In this document: positions 1 through 9,491 of the stretch, one piece after another
Layout: each line of letters opens with the position of its first letter
How positions within the stretch are numbered: position 1 is the first letter of the stretch
DNA from: Pseudothermotoga sp.
GTDB taxonomy: Bacteria > Thermotogota > Thermotogae > Thermotogales > DSM-5069
Assembly: GCA_041640575.1 (NCBI GenBank)
Contig: JBEPZZ010000009.1
Location: 1-35,972, forward strand
Length of the DNA stretch: 35,972 nt
Reading direction: 5' to 3'
Notes under the pieces: generated by a model
Databases searched by the model: none
Seen by the model: only the letters and a program-made list of their open reading frames with translations
Told to the model about the DNA's origin: nothing
Translations under genes and position numbers: made by a program

Positions 1-137
1 AGAGGATTTTGAGCATTCAAATTCCGTTCAGGCCTTTGCCAGGAGAATATGAAATTCTCATAAGAGCGCTTTATGGAATGGAAAAGTCCATTGAAGTTCG
101 AAAGAAATTTAAGATTGCTGGAGGTGATGAACCATGA
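1..137 (+). CDS. 3' end of a gene truncated by the window edge; C-terminus resembles an Ig-like beta-sandwich (hypothetical exported protein)
   Basis: The frame from nt 3 is open (RILSIQIPFRPLPGEYEILIRALYGMEKSIEVRKKFKIAGGDEP*). Its TGA (135-137) overlaps the next ATG (ATGA coupling). The PGEY..YG..F pattern is only suggestive of the fold. Confidence 0.7.
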   Translation, partial: RILSIQIPFRPLPGEYEILIRALYGMEKSIEVRKKFKIAGGDEP

Positions 138-1291
138 AGAGATTCACTCTGATTGTAATTTGCGTATTTTATATACTGACATTTGCTGATGAACCACTTG
201 TCACAAACATTTTTACCGAGACATATATACTTGACGCTCTCGCTGACATATCAGCTCAAACTGGTGTCCCCATAATTGCTGATCAAACTGTGAGTGGGTT
301 CGTCACAGCTGAATTCGATAATGTTCCTCTGGAAAAGGCCTTACGAATGCTTCTGATGCCAGGGGGGTATGTTTTCATAAAAATGGATGGATTCTATTTT
401 GTGGGATCTCCGGATCCAAAAAACCCAGCTTTTATACACCTCTCGGAAACAGTAACGATGAAACCAAAATATGTAAGAGTGGACACTGTTAAAAACCTTT
501 TACCAGTCTATTATGAACCATTCGTTAAGTTTGACATGGCAAACAATCTTGTGACCATAACAGCGCCACAAGAAATCGTAAAGCGTTTCATAAAGGATCT
601 ATCCGAAATTGATCAACCACCAAAGCAAGTGAAGATCAACGTCTTGGTAACTGAGGTAGCTGAGACGACACTAAAAGAACTTGGATTTGATCAGATCGGT
701 TACCAATTTGGAGCGAACCAGCAATTCAAGGAAGACTGGTCAGCAACTCTAGGTTTAGTTTCTGGAACACTTTCATTCAAGACGGACATGTTCGGAACAA
801 TTGTTGCAACTATAAAAGCACTTGAAGAAAACCAAAAAGCTAAGATAAAGGCTAATCCTTGGATAATTATTCAAGAAAACAAACCGGCAAAATTGTTCAT
901 AGGGCAAAGGGAAATCATACTGATCGAAACTGCTGCAGGTGCCGCAGTATCTACACAAACTGTAGACGTTGGTGTGGGAATCGATATAAGTGCACGAGTT
1001 GTGAATGAAAATGAAATTGAGCTGACGGTTGCACCGAATGTGAGTCACTTTGCTCAGCCAAGGACAGCTACTTCGTTGTCCACAAAGCGAAGCGAACTAT
1101 CAACAACAATTAGAATGCAAAGTGGTCAGACACTTGTAATAGGTGGAATGACAGTTGAAAACAGTAGTGATAGTTATGTTGGATTACCGCTGTTTAGAAG
1201 CATACCTCTTCTTAGGTATCTGTTTGGCGTGAGCTCAGATTCTGAGAACAAGAGAGAATTGCTGATTTTTGTTAGCGCGGAAACTTTGTGA
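134..1291 (+). CDS. Secretin (GspD/PilQ-like type II/III secretion outer-membrane pore protein), compact 385 aa
   Basis: Signal peptide; STN/N0-like domain (ILDALADISAQTGVPII..VPLEKALRMLL); N3-like segment (NNLVTITAPQEIVKRFIKDLSEIDQPPKQVKINVLVTEV); secretin C-terminal motifs (MQSGQTLVIGG, GLPLFRSIPLLRYLF, RELLIFV); SD GGAGGTG upstream. Confidence 0.9.
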   Translation: MKRFTLIVICVFYILTFADEPLVTNIFTETYILDALADISAQTGVPIIADQTVSGFVTAEFDNVPLEKALRMLLMPGGYVFIKMDGFYFVGSPDPKNPAFIHLSETVTMKPKYVRVDTVKNLLPVYYEPFVKFDMANNLVTITAPQEIVKRFIKDLSEIDQPPKQVKINVLVTEVAETTLKELGFDQIGYQFGANQQFKEDWSATLGLVSGTLSFKTDMFGTIVATIKALEENQKAKIKANPWIIIQENKPAKLFIGQREIILIETAAGAAVSTQTVDVGVGIDISARVVNENEIELTVAPNVSHFAQPRTATSLSTKRSELSTTIRMQSGQTLVIGGMTVENSSDSYVGLPLFRSIPLLRYLFGVSSDSENKRELLIFVSAETL

Positions 1292-1305
1292 CTGGAGTGT
1301 TGAAA

Positions 1306-2463
1306 ATGAAAAGAAATCTTCTGCTTTTTCTTGCATTTCTCACAACATTGGTGTACGCGCAGAATACTGTTATCGTTTATCAGTTTCAAGTTATTCAGCT
1401 GTCCAAGCAAGTTATTACAAAAGCAGGTTTAGATGAGATGATTGTGAAAAAAACAGCGACTTCTGAAGGTTCAATAGGTATTTTTTATAGTGCATCAACA
1501 ATGGAGCTGCTTGCTCAATTTCCAATTGTCACCGTGAAACTTGGGATTGGCGAGAAAGAAGAAAAGTCGAAGACTTTATCAAGACCTTGGCTGACAACGA
1601 TACTTGGACAGAAGGCCGTCGTTTTTGTTGGACAAGAAGAACTTGTTTTACAAACTGGATTCAGAAGAGGTCAAGGAATTCGACTGGAAGTGACACCAAT
1701 CTCAATAACGAAAGAAGGTATTCTCAGCAAGTTGAGCTTGGTCGATCCGTATGGACCAGCAACATATGATAACGAACTGTATATAGATTTGAAAGATTTC
1801 AAACCAATAGCTTTGATCTCTTCAAAAAGTGACAATGATTTTGAATATTTTGTGATTTATGCAAAAGCAACAGTCGCAGATAAGTCCCCAGAAACTAATG
1901 TCTATGGCATTGGAAGCTTGGATGAATTAGCCATGATTTTCACACAGGATGAATTCTTTGAAAAAGTGAACACGCTTTATGCATTGATTCTAACTGATTT
2001 TTCATCTTACGATGCAGAATTAGGAACGTCGATTTGGATAAACGATACACACATCCAAATGCACGTCACTTTTAATCCTCTTACTTTTGTTGCGAGCCTT
2101 GAGGGTTTAGTAGACAAACTCGGATTAAGAGCTGGCGCCAGGTTCCATTACTGCAACATCATTTTGATAGATTTTGGCGTGTCGGATTATGTCAAATTAA
2201 GTGAAATTTTAACAGCTTTTGCAGAATTTTACCCTTTCAGGATAGACATTTTGCAGTTAAAGTTTGTTTCACCTTCTTGGCGGATTGGATTATTGATTGA
2301 TTACAAATCGTTTTCTTTAAGTCTTGGAACCTTCAACGAAGGAAAATTTGGAATGTGGGCTGATACCACTTTCAAAGTTTCGCCAGGTATTTCAGCCATC
2401 GCTGGAGTCAGATATAACTCCAACAAATTTGTATTGTATGGGGGTCTTCATCTAAGTTTCTGA
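1306..2463 (+). CDS. Exported protein with a secretin-like N-terminal segment and a predicted outer-membrane beta-barrel C-terminus
   Basis: Start moved to ATG 1306 (SD GGAG 1294-1297). Signal peptide ends VYA|Q. LSRPWLTTILGQKAVVFVGQE..GIRLEVTP resembles the secretin core. The C-terminal half has amphipathic strands and ends YGGLHLSF. Confidence 0.6.
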   Translation: MKRNLLLFLAFLTTLVYAQNTVIVYQFQVIQLSKQVITKAGLDEMIVKKTATSEGSIGIFYSASTMELLAQFPIVTVKLGIGEKEEKSKTLSRPWLTTILGQKAVVFVGQEELVLQTGFRRGQGIRLEVTPISITKEGILSKLSLVDPYGPATYDNELYIDLKDFKPIALISSKSDNDFEYFVIYAKATVADKSPETNVYGIGSLDELAMIFTQDEFFEKVNTLYALILTDFSSYDAELGTSIWINDTHIQMHVTFNPLTFVASLEGLVDKLGLRAGARFHYCNIILIDFGVSDYVKLSEILTAFAEFYPFRIDILQLKFVSPSWRIGLLIDYKSFSLSLGTFNEGKFGMWADTTFKVSPGISAIAGVRYNSNKFVLYGGLHLSF

Positions 2464-2489
2464 CCCGATAACCAAGCTGCTTATTCTTT

Positions 2490-2521
2490 GCGCAGCTCAA
2501 TTATGAGCTGCGCGCTTTTTT
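2490..2521 (+). terminator. Rho-independent terminator for the secretin operon
   Basis: Perfect 10-bp stem GCGCAGCTCA-atta-TGAGCTGCGC (2490-2513), then GC and TTTTTT (2516-2521). It overlaps the 3' end of the convergent M48 gene. Confidence 0.7.
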
Positions 2522-3738
2522 GAAAGATTTTCGAGATGTCTTATTCTGTCTGCTGGTGTCGGATGCGTGTAGTACCAAATTGCAAAAACTGGTGAAGGTA
2601 CTGGGTTAGAAAGATTCTGCTTCAAAAGTCTTTTCAAGGAGTTTATCAACGGTTCTGGTGAATTCATCAAACTAGCTGAATACTCATCCGATTGATATTC
2701 AAATCTTCTTGAAATCCAGTTTAAAAGAGGCATAACGAAGAAGCCTAAAAGATTGAGGATTATTACAAAAGCTGCTAACAAGCTAAAAATATTTCTTAAA
2801 TGAAGTATTTTTTCTAAGAAACTTGTACTCAAAGCTAGATAAAAAATATACGACAAAATCCAAACCATAGCAATTGAGGCAGCAAGCATCTTGGGTATAT
2901 GTTTATATCTGTAATGACCAAGCTCGTGAGCAAGAACCGCAGAAATTTCTTCCTCGGGATAATTCATTATCGTATCGTAGAGTACAACCCTTTTTGAACT
3001 TCCTATTCCTGCTAGATAAGCATTTGCTGCTTTTGTCCTTATCGAGGCGTTCACGGTATAAACATTTTTAACTTTGAATCCGGCTTTCTTCACAAATTCT
3101 GTTATTCTTTCCTTCAGACTGCCTTCAACTGGTGTAAATTTGTTGAACAAAGGCAAAATCAGCATAGGATAAATCCACTCTATGAAAATTACAATTACTG
3201 ACACAATAGTAGCCAGCAAGATCCACCAGTTTTGTAACCATAAGATCTTTACAATTAGCAAGTATAGAAAACTTGCTAAAAGTGTTAGTAAAGTTCTAAG
3301 AAGCAGACTCTTTAAAAAGTCACTCCAAAATCTATTCCATGTTATGTTGCTGAGCTCATACTTTTTGTCTAAATAAATCGTCCTATAAATTTCTACTGGC
3401 AAGTTAGCCAGGGTGAAAATGTATTGGATGATAGTCCAGCAGATAAATGCATTAATCCATGCGCTTAAATTCGATAGATCAAGTGCTTGATCCAATAAGG
3501 GTAAAAGCCAGAGCAAAACAATTATTTGACAGATTCCCAACACTGTGGATCTTAGAATCGATAAAACTGTTCGATCTTTCAGATAAGACTTTGATTTTTG
3601 AAATGTTCTTTCATCCAAAGCATCCTTCAAAGTCGCTGGCAAAACAGCCTTCTGGGAATATCTCAGGTTGACAGCATTCAATATAACTGAGATCATCCAT
3701 ACAAGGATTACTAGGAAAACCATACTAACGGCATGCAC
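2497..3738 (-). CDS. M48 family (Ste24/HtpX-like) membrane zinc metallopeptidase
   Basis: ANAYLAGIGSSKRVVLYDT, AVLAHELGH (HExxH), SRRFEYQSD and YYTHPTPADRI motifs; multiple TM helices. Confidence 0.93.
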   Translation of the reverse strand: MHAVSMVFLVILVWMISVILNAVNLRYSQKAVLPATLKDALDERTFQKSKSYLKDRTVLSILRSTVLGICQIIVLLWLLPLLDQALDLSNLSAWINAFICWTIIQYIFTLANLPVEIYRTIYLDKKYELSNITWNRFWSDFLKSLLLRTLLTLLASFLYLLIVKILWLQNWWILLATIVSVIVIFIEWIYPMLILPLFNKFTPVEGSLKERITEFVKKAGFKVKNVYTVNASIRTKAANAYLAGIGSSKRVVLYDTIMNYPEEEISAVLAHELGHYRYKHIPKMLAASIAMVWILSYIFYLALSTSFLEKILHLRNIFSLLAAFVIILNLLGFFVMPLLNWISRRFEYQSDEYSASLMNSPEPLINSLKRLLKQNLSNPVPSPVFAIWYYTHPTPADRIRHLENLSKKRAAHN

Positions 3739-3759
3739 TCAAAGCACTCCCCACGCCTA

Positions 3760-4179
3760 TCACTCACCAATTATTTTAACAAGAACTCTCTTATCTCTCA
3801 TACCATCAAATTCACCATAAAAGACCTGTTCCCAAGGCCCAAGATCCAATTTTCCATTCGTAATTGCTATAACCACTTCCCTTCCCATTATTGTCCTCTT
3901 CAGGTGTGCATCAGCATTGTTTTCAAAAGTATCATTGTGCCTATACTGTTCATAAGGTTTTTCAGGTGCAAGCTTTTCAAGCCACACCTCAAAATCACGA
4001 TGAAGCCCCTGTTCATCGTCGTTTACAAAAACGCTCGCAGTGATATGCATTGCGTTACAGAGTAGCAAACCCTCTTTTATTCCACTTTCCTCAACACATT
4101 GTTCGAGTAACGGTGTGATGTTTATAAATTCTCGCCTCTTTTTTGTGTGAAACCAAAGCTCCTTGCGGTAGGTTTTCAT
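3760..4179 (-). CDS. yjbQ: YjbQ/UPF0047 family protein (secondary thiamine-phosphate synthase-like)
   Basis: [19 protein letters not shown] and [16 protein letters not shown] motifs. Start moved to ATG 4179 (SD AGGTGG). Confidence 0.9.
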   Translation of the reverse strand: MKTYRKELWFHTKKRREFINITPLLEQCVEESGIKEGLLLCNAMHITASVFVNDDEQGLHRDFEVWLEKLAPEKPYEQYRHNDTFENNADAHLKRTIMGREVVIAITNGKLDLGPWEQVFYGEFDGMRDKRVLVKIIGE

Positions 4180-4189
4180 TGAGACCACC

Positions 4190-5095
4190 TCACTTCACAA
4201 GTAGAGACATCAGTATAGACAAAGTTGCTAAAGAAAGAGCCGTAGAAAGAACAACTCCTTGAGATGCCAGTTTGTAATCTCTGTTAAACTTTCGAGCAAA
4301 TATAGCCGCGTTTATACCTGTTGGCATAGCACTCATAAGCACGGGCATTGTCTTTACGACATATTGTAGTTCAAATGGCATAAGGAAAAGAAACATCAGC
4401 ACTGGAGCTAAAATAAGCTTGGCAAAAGCTGTAATGTAAAGTCTTGGGCTAGCCGCAAAATCTGAAAGCTTAGCTTCAGCAAGAAAAGCACCTATCAGAA
4501 ACATGGAAAGTGGTGTTGAAATATCGGCAATCATCGAAAAAGCACTCTTAAGAATGGATGGAAGCCTCAAAGGAGTCAAAAAGAGAATCAATCCGGCAAA
4601 AATCGCCAGCAAACCGGGCGTTGTGAAAACCTTTTTTAGACTCATTTGAGTGCCTGACATGAGCTTTATACCAAGAGTCCAGTTCAGTAGCTGGAACCAC
4701 AAATTGAAAAAAGCAGCATAGAAGACTCCAATTTCGCCAAATGCTATTTTCATAAGAGGATAACCAAGAAAGCCGACGTTTCCAAAAACAATCATATACA
4801 TGAAAAGACCTTTGTTTTCCCTTTCGACATTAAGACTAAAGAGTTTTCCAAGTAAAAAATGAATAGTATACATAGCAGCACCTATAACTAAGAGTAGAAA
4901 ACCATTCTTTGCGTGAGATGCGGAGAATTCTCTATCCATTGATACAAGAACCAAGAAGGGTAAGGTTATGTGAACTATCAAATCTGATGCACTTTTTGTG
5001 AAGTCCTCAGTTATCATACCAATCTTTTTCAGAAGGAAACCAAAGCTTATCAGTATAAAAATTATAGAAATTTGGTTCGCGACAACACCTGCCAA
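4190..5095 (-). CDS. AEC (auxin efflux carrier/malate permease) family transporter
   Basis: About 10 hydrophobic helices; [16 protein letters not shown] and VVLSTALS motifs. Start moved to TTG 5095 (SD AGAGGTG); the ORF-track extension overlaps the divergent gene. Confidence 0.88.
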   Translation of the reverse strand: MAGVVANQISIIFILISFGFLLKKIGMITEDFTKSASDLIVHITLPFLVLVSMDREFSASHAKNGFLLLVIGAAMYTIHFLLGKLFSLNVERENKGLFMYMIVFGNVGFLGYPLMKIAFGEIGVFYAAFFNLWFQLLNWTLGIKLMSGTQMSLKKVFTTPGLLAIFAGLILFLTPLRLPSILKSAFSMIADISTPLSMFLIGAFLAEAKLSDFAASPRLYITAFAKLILAPVLMFLFLMPFELQYVVKTMPVLMSAMPTGINAAIFARKFNRDYKLASQGVVLSTALSLATLSILMSLLVK

Positions 5096-5161
5096 GGTAC
5101 CACCTCTAAAAGAATGATATCCTAACACTTTTACCACGATAATGCTGTTTCCTAACAGTTT

Positions 5162-5190
5162 TTCAAATTTGCACGTGATTATTGTAGAAT
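5162..5190 (+). promoter_or_regulatory. Putative sigma70 promoter for the DUF362-ahcY operon
   Basis: TTCAAA (5162-5167), 17-bp spacer, TAGAAT (5185-5190); SD GGGAGG follows before ATG 5213. Confidence 0.4.
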
Positions 5191-5212
5191 TTTTAATAAT
5201 GGGAGGAAGTTC

Positions 5213-6256
5213 ATGATTGTTCACATGACAAAATGCGAAAGCTATGAAAAAGTTGAAAAAACTCTTATGCCTATTCTCGAAAAATATTCTCACCTTTTTT
5301 TACCTGGTGAGAAAATTCTTGTTAAACCAAACCTTCTATCCGCTAGGAAACCAGAAGAAGCTGTAACAACTCATCCAAGGGTTCTTGAGGTAGTTCTTAA
5401 GTTTTTGAAAAATTTAGGCGCCTTTCCATATGTTGGCGATAGTCCAGCTTCTGGTAGCCTGCAAAAGGTCTTGCAAGTTTCTGGTACTGCCGAAATTTGT
5501 GAAAAACTCTCAGTCCCAACAATTGAGCTTGATGATCCAATTGAAGTAGACGGCCAAAAATATAAAAAAATTAGGGTCAGTTCGAAAGTTTTTCAGTTTC
5601 AAAAAGTTGTTAACCTAGCAAAATTAAAAACACATTCTCAAATGGTTCTTACACTAGCTGTAAAAAATTTGTTTGGGTGCATACCGGGAATAGAAAAATC
5701 AAGCTGGCACATAAGATGTGAAACCAACGAAAATTTTGCTGCCCTGCTCGTTGATATTTGCCTAATTGTTAATCCTGTTCTATCGATCGTTGATGGAATT
5801 GAAGGAATGCAGGGAAATGGTCCTGCTAACGGTAAGAAAAAACACTTTGGAGTAATAGCTGTATCAGCAGATCCATTTATTCTTGATCACGCGATTTGTA
5901 ATGCATTAAGCGTTAATCCTCAACTAGTTTACACGGTCAAAGAATCCATCGCTAGACAACTGATAACAAACTACCAAACAGATGGTGAATGGCATGGTTC
6001 GATTGAATTGCCTGTAACCTCTCCAACTCTACCTTTACAAGGTCCTTTGAAAAAAATAGCAAAAACAATGATAAGGGTACCAAAAATATTAGAAAAAAGA
6101 TGTGTTCGTTGTAAAATATGTGAAGAAAAGTGCCCAGCGAAAGCGATAGATATTTCTAGGAAAAAGATAGATTACCGAAAATGCATACGATGTTACGTGT
6201 GTCATGAGGTTTGCCCCAATGATGCGATTGAACTTGCAAGAAGGTTTCTTATTTAG
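5213..6256 (+). CDS. DUF362 domain protein with C-terminal 2x[4Fe-4S] ferredoxin domain
   Basis: KILVKPNLL, AVTTHP, NLAKLKTH, AVKNLFG and GMQGNGP motifs; CVRCKICEEKCP and CIRCYVCHEVCP. Confidence 0.9.
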   Translation: MIVHMTKCESYEKVEKTLMPILEKYSHLFLPGEKILVKPNLLSARKPEEAVTTHPRVLEVVLKFLKNLGAFPYVGDSPASGSLQKVLQVSGTAEICEKLSVPTIELDDPIEVDGQKYKKIRVSSKVFQFQKVVNLAKLKTHSQMVLTLAVKNLFGCIPGIEKSSWHIRCETNENFAALLVDICLIVNPVLSIVDGIEGMQGNGPANGKKKHFGVIAVSADPFILDHAICNALSVNPQLVYTVKESIARQLITNYQTDGEWHGSIELPVTSPTLPLQGPLKKIAKTMIRVPKILEKRCVRCKICEEKCPAKAIDISRKKIDYRKCIRCYVCHEVCPNDAIELARRFLI

Positions 6257-6267
6257 GGGTGAGAATT

Positions 6268-7473
6268 ATGGATCTAGGTAGAAAGAAGATCGACTGGGTT
6301 TCGCGCTTCATGCCAATCTTGAACCGGATTGAAACTGAGTATTCCTCAAAGCAACCTTTGAAAAATCTAAGAATTGGCATGTCAATTCACCTTGAGGCAA
6401 AGACTGCCTATCTGGCAATCCTTTTGAAAAGGCTTGGAGCGGACGTCATTGTCACGGGAAGTAATCCTCTGAGCACGCAGGATGACGTTGCAGAAGCCTT
6501 GAAAGAATATGGTTTGACCGTCTATGCTAAAAGAACCAGTGACGAAGGCGTTTACATGAAAAACATTTATAAGGTTCTCGAGACAAAACCAGATTTAATT
6601 CTGGATGATGGAGCAGATTTAACTGTTATGGCACACACGGAGATGCCAGAAGTTTTGCAAAAATTGAGAGGAGTCTCGGAGGAGACAACGACAGGCGTCA
6701 GAAGGTTCAAAGCGATGCACGAAAAAGGATTGCTGAAAACACCTGTCATTGCTGTAAATGATGCTTACACAAAATATCTTTTCGACAATCGTTACGGCAC
6801 AGGACAGTCCACTTTAGAGAGCATAATGAGAAACACGAATCTCTCCATTTGTGGGAAAACTGTGGTTGTTTGCGGATACGGTTGGTGCGGTAAAGGCGTT
6901 GCACAAAAAGCGAAGGGACTTGGTGCAAGGGTTATCGTAACTGAAGTTGACCCCATAAAAGCACTTGAAGCAGTCATGGAGGGTTTTGAAGTGATGCCAA
7001 TAAGAGAAGCATCCAAAATGGGGGACATTTTCATAACAGTTACGGGAAACACAAATGTAATTTCAGTTGAAGAATTCTTAGTTATGAAAAATAATGTGAT
7101 CCTTGCAAATGCTGGTCATTTCAATGTTGAAATAGATGTTAAAGCGTTAGAGGAACTTGCGGTTGAAAAGTACGAAGCTCGCCCAAACGTGACCGCATAT
7201 GTCATTGAAAACGGTAATACCCTGTTCTTGCTAGCTGAAGGCCGTTTGGTGAACCTTGCCGCTGCTGATGGTCATCCCGTTGAGATAATGGACCTGTCAT
7301 TTGCATTGCAAGCTTTATCACTCATCTACTTGGCACACAACAAGTTGGAAGTAGGTGTACACCCTGTGCCAAAGGAGATTGACGAGTGGGTTGCAAAAGC
7401 AAAATTGGATAGTCTTGGTGTAAAGATAGATCAGTTAACATTTGAGCAAAAGAAGTATCTTGAAAACTTCTGA
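6268..7473 (+). CDS. ahcY: Adenosylhomocysteinase (SAH hydrolase), short archaeal/Thermotoga type
   Basis: SNPLSTQDD, ILDDGADL, EETTTGV, KYLFDNRYGTGQS, GYGWCGKG, NAGHFNVEID and GRLVNLAAADGHP motifs. Start probably ATG 6268 (SD GGGGTGA); GTG 6259 is the alternative. Confidence 0.96.
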   Translation: MDLGRKKIDWVSRFMPILNRIETEYSSKQPLKNLRIGMSIHLEAKTAYLAILLKRLGADVIVTGSNPLSTQDDVAEALKEYGLTVYAKRTSDEGVYMKNIYKVLETKPDLILDDGADLTVMAHTEMPEVLQKLRGVSEETTTGVRRFKAMHEKGLLKTPVIAVNDAYTKYLFDNRYGTGQSTLESIMRNTNLSICGKTVVVCGYGWCGKGVAQKAKGLGARVIVTEVDPIKALEAVMEGFEVMPIREASKMGDIFITVTGNTNVISVEEFLVMKNNVILANAGHFNVEIDVKALEELAVEKYEARPNVTAYVIENGNTLFLLAEGRLVNLAAADGHPVEIMDLSFALQALSLIYLAHNKLEVGVHPVPKEIDEWVAKAKLDSLGVKIDQLTFEQKKYLENF

Positions 7474-7484
7474 GAGGTGACAGT

Positions 7485-9479
7485 ATGCTTGAGGAAATTA
7501 GAGAATCCCTTAGACAAGCGAAAACTCCGAATTATTGTATTCCAAAGATTTGGCTTTTCGAAAACTACACAGGGCCAACCCGTTTTGATGGAGAAAAAGT
7601 TTACGTGGAACCAGCAAGTTACCTTAGATCGATTTGTGAATGGATCCTTTCACACAAAAGGGAAGGAGTCAAGTACAATCAATCTTTGGCCTTGATAAAC
7701 AACGAGAATGACAGAAGTTGGATAAGAAAATCCACAATATATAGCGCTTTTGTAAGGACAACAGCAGCCTTCAATCATAAGGGCTTTGGCAGATTTGAAC
7801 AAGATGATATCCTTGGCTACAGGGAATCTGGAACGTTTTTGAAAATGATAGCTTTACTCCCACATTTAGTCAAGCTTGGCATCGATGCTATCTACCTGTT
7901 ACCCGTAACGAAAAGTAGCAATCTCTTTAAGAAAGGTGAAGTGGGCTCCCCGTACTCAGTTAAAGACTTCCTGAAACTTGATGAGTTGTATCATGATCCA
8001 TTATTAGAAGGTTGGAATGTCAATGATGAGTTTATAGCTTTTGTTGAAGCTTGTCACATACTTGGTATCAGAGTTTTGCTAGATTTCATACCCAGAACGG
8101 CAGCAAGGGACTGTAACTTAATAATCGAGCATCCAGATTGGTTCTTTTGGATCAAACTTGAGGAACTTTCAAACTACAAACCACCAGTCATACCGGAACT
8201 AGGCTTCTGTCAACCGTCTTTTGAAGAAATGAGATCAATATACGATAAGCCGCAAGTTCAAGAACATTTGAAAAAGTTCACGTTCGATCCTAAGACCCTG
8301 GATCCCGTCAAATGGGAAAGGCTCGTCAAAAACGTAAATGAAGAAAACTTCATTTACGAAATAGCCAAAGAGTACGGAATAGTTACGGCTCCCGGGTTCT
8401 CCGACTGGATAAACGACCCTCAACCTACTTGGGATGATGTCACGTTTTTAAGGCTTTACATGGATCACCCTCAAACGGCAAATGGAAAAGTTTCTAACGA
8501 GCAGCCACCATATGTTTTGTTCGATGTCATCAAAGCGAGTAGATTCCCAGGGAAAAAACCTAACACAGAACTCTGGAATTATATTGCTTCGATCATTCCG
8601 TATTTTCAAAGGAAGTTTGGCATTGATGGAATCAGACTCGATATGGGACATGCATTACCTGATGAACTTGAACAAATGATTATTAAAAATGCTAGAGATT
8701 ATGACCCTGGATTTGTGTTCATTGCTGAAGAACTAGAGATGCACAGAGCTTCAGAAGCGAGGCAGGCTGGTTACGATGTAATCATAGGTAATAGCTGGTG
8801 GATGCTTCCACGCGTACCAGATAAAACTTACGAATTTATCCAAAATGTAGCTCCAGAGGTCCATCTGCCATATATGGCTGCGTGCGAAACACCAGATACT
8901 CCAAGAGTCGTAAGTAGAAATAACGGAGAAAAATTGAAACATCTTTTACCGTTTCTCTGCGCTTTTGCGCCAAATGGTGTATACATGGTGAATTCTGGTC
9001 AAGAAGTCGAAGAAAGACAACCCATGAACCTTGGTTTAGATAATGATTTTTGTGGACGTTATATGTTATCATGTGAAGACGAATTTAATGGTAAGCTCGC
9101 CTTTTTTGACCATTTTGTTTTTCACTGGAAAGAAACTGAAACTATGAGTTTCCTTGCAGAACTCGCTAAGGTTAGAAAAATGTTCTCCAAAATAATGTTT
9201 ACTGGTACTTACAAACCTGTTTATCTCAATTGGCAGGACGGTAAATTTGTGAACACATCCTACTGGAAGGGAAAAGAGGGAATTGTTGTTCTCGCAAATG
9301 TAAGTGACGAAGATAGGGAAGTTTCTGTTCTTGTCGATAAAACAATTGAAGGGCATGAGAAAGTAAATGCAGCAAGAGTTTGGGACGGTCAGAACTGGAA
9401 CAACCTTGAGTCTTCTAACGAATTAAAGTTCAAAATCAAATCATTTGGATATCTTCTTTGCCATATAATTTTCTCTTAG
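7485..9479 (+). CDS. mmtA: GH13 maltodextrin glycosyltransferase (maltosyltransferase, T. maritima MTase-like)
   Basis: RTTAAFNHKG, LDFIPRTAARD, GFSDWINDPQPTWDDVTFLRLY, DGIRLDMGHALP, IAEEL and ETPDTPR closely match Thermotoga maltosyltransferase as I recall it. Confidence 0.85.
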   Translation: MLEEIRESLRQAKTPNYCIPKIWLFENYTGPTRFDGEKVYVEPASYLRSICEWILSHKREGVKYNQSLALINNENDRSWIRKSTIYSAFVRTTAAFNHKGFGRFEQDDILGYRESGTFLKMIALLPHLVKLGIDAIYLLPVTKSSNLFKKGEVGSPYSVKDFLKLDELYHDPLLEGWNVNDEFIAFVEACHILGIRVLLDFIPRTAARDCNLIIEHPDWFFWIKLEELSNYKPPVIPELGFCQPSFEEMRSIYDKPQVQEHLKKFTFDPKTLDPVKWERLVKNVNEENFIYEIAKEYGIVTAPGFSDWINDPQPTWDDVTFLRLYMDHPQTANGKVSNEQPPYVLFDVIKASRFPGKKPNTELWNYIASIIPYFQRKFGIDGIRLDMGHALPDELEQMIIKNARDYDPGFVFIAEELEMHRASEARQAGYDVIIGNSWWMLPRVPDKTYEFIQNVAPEVHLPYMAACETPDTPRVVSRNNGEKLKHLLPFLCAFAPNGVYMVNSGQEVEERQPMNLGLDNDFCGRYMLSCEDEFNGKLAFFDHFVFHWKETETMSFLAELAKVRKMFSKIMFTGTYKPVYLNWQDGKFVNTSYWKGKEGIVVLANVSDEDREVSVLVDKTIEGHEKVNAARVWDGQNWNNLESSNELKFKIKSFGYLLCHIIFS

Positions 9480-9491
9480 GTGGTGTTCTGG

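Noticed and set aside
5096..5293. Long N-terminal extension of the AEC ORF (likewise the extensions of asd to 20418, metF to 21211 and pstB from 35051)
   Set aside because: The extensions overlap neighbouring genes and do not look like protein; better SD-supported or coupled starts lie downstream.
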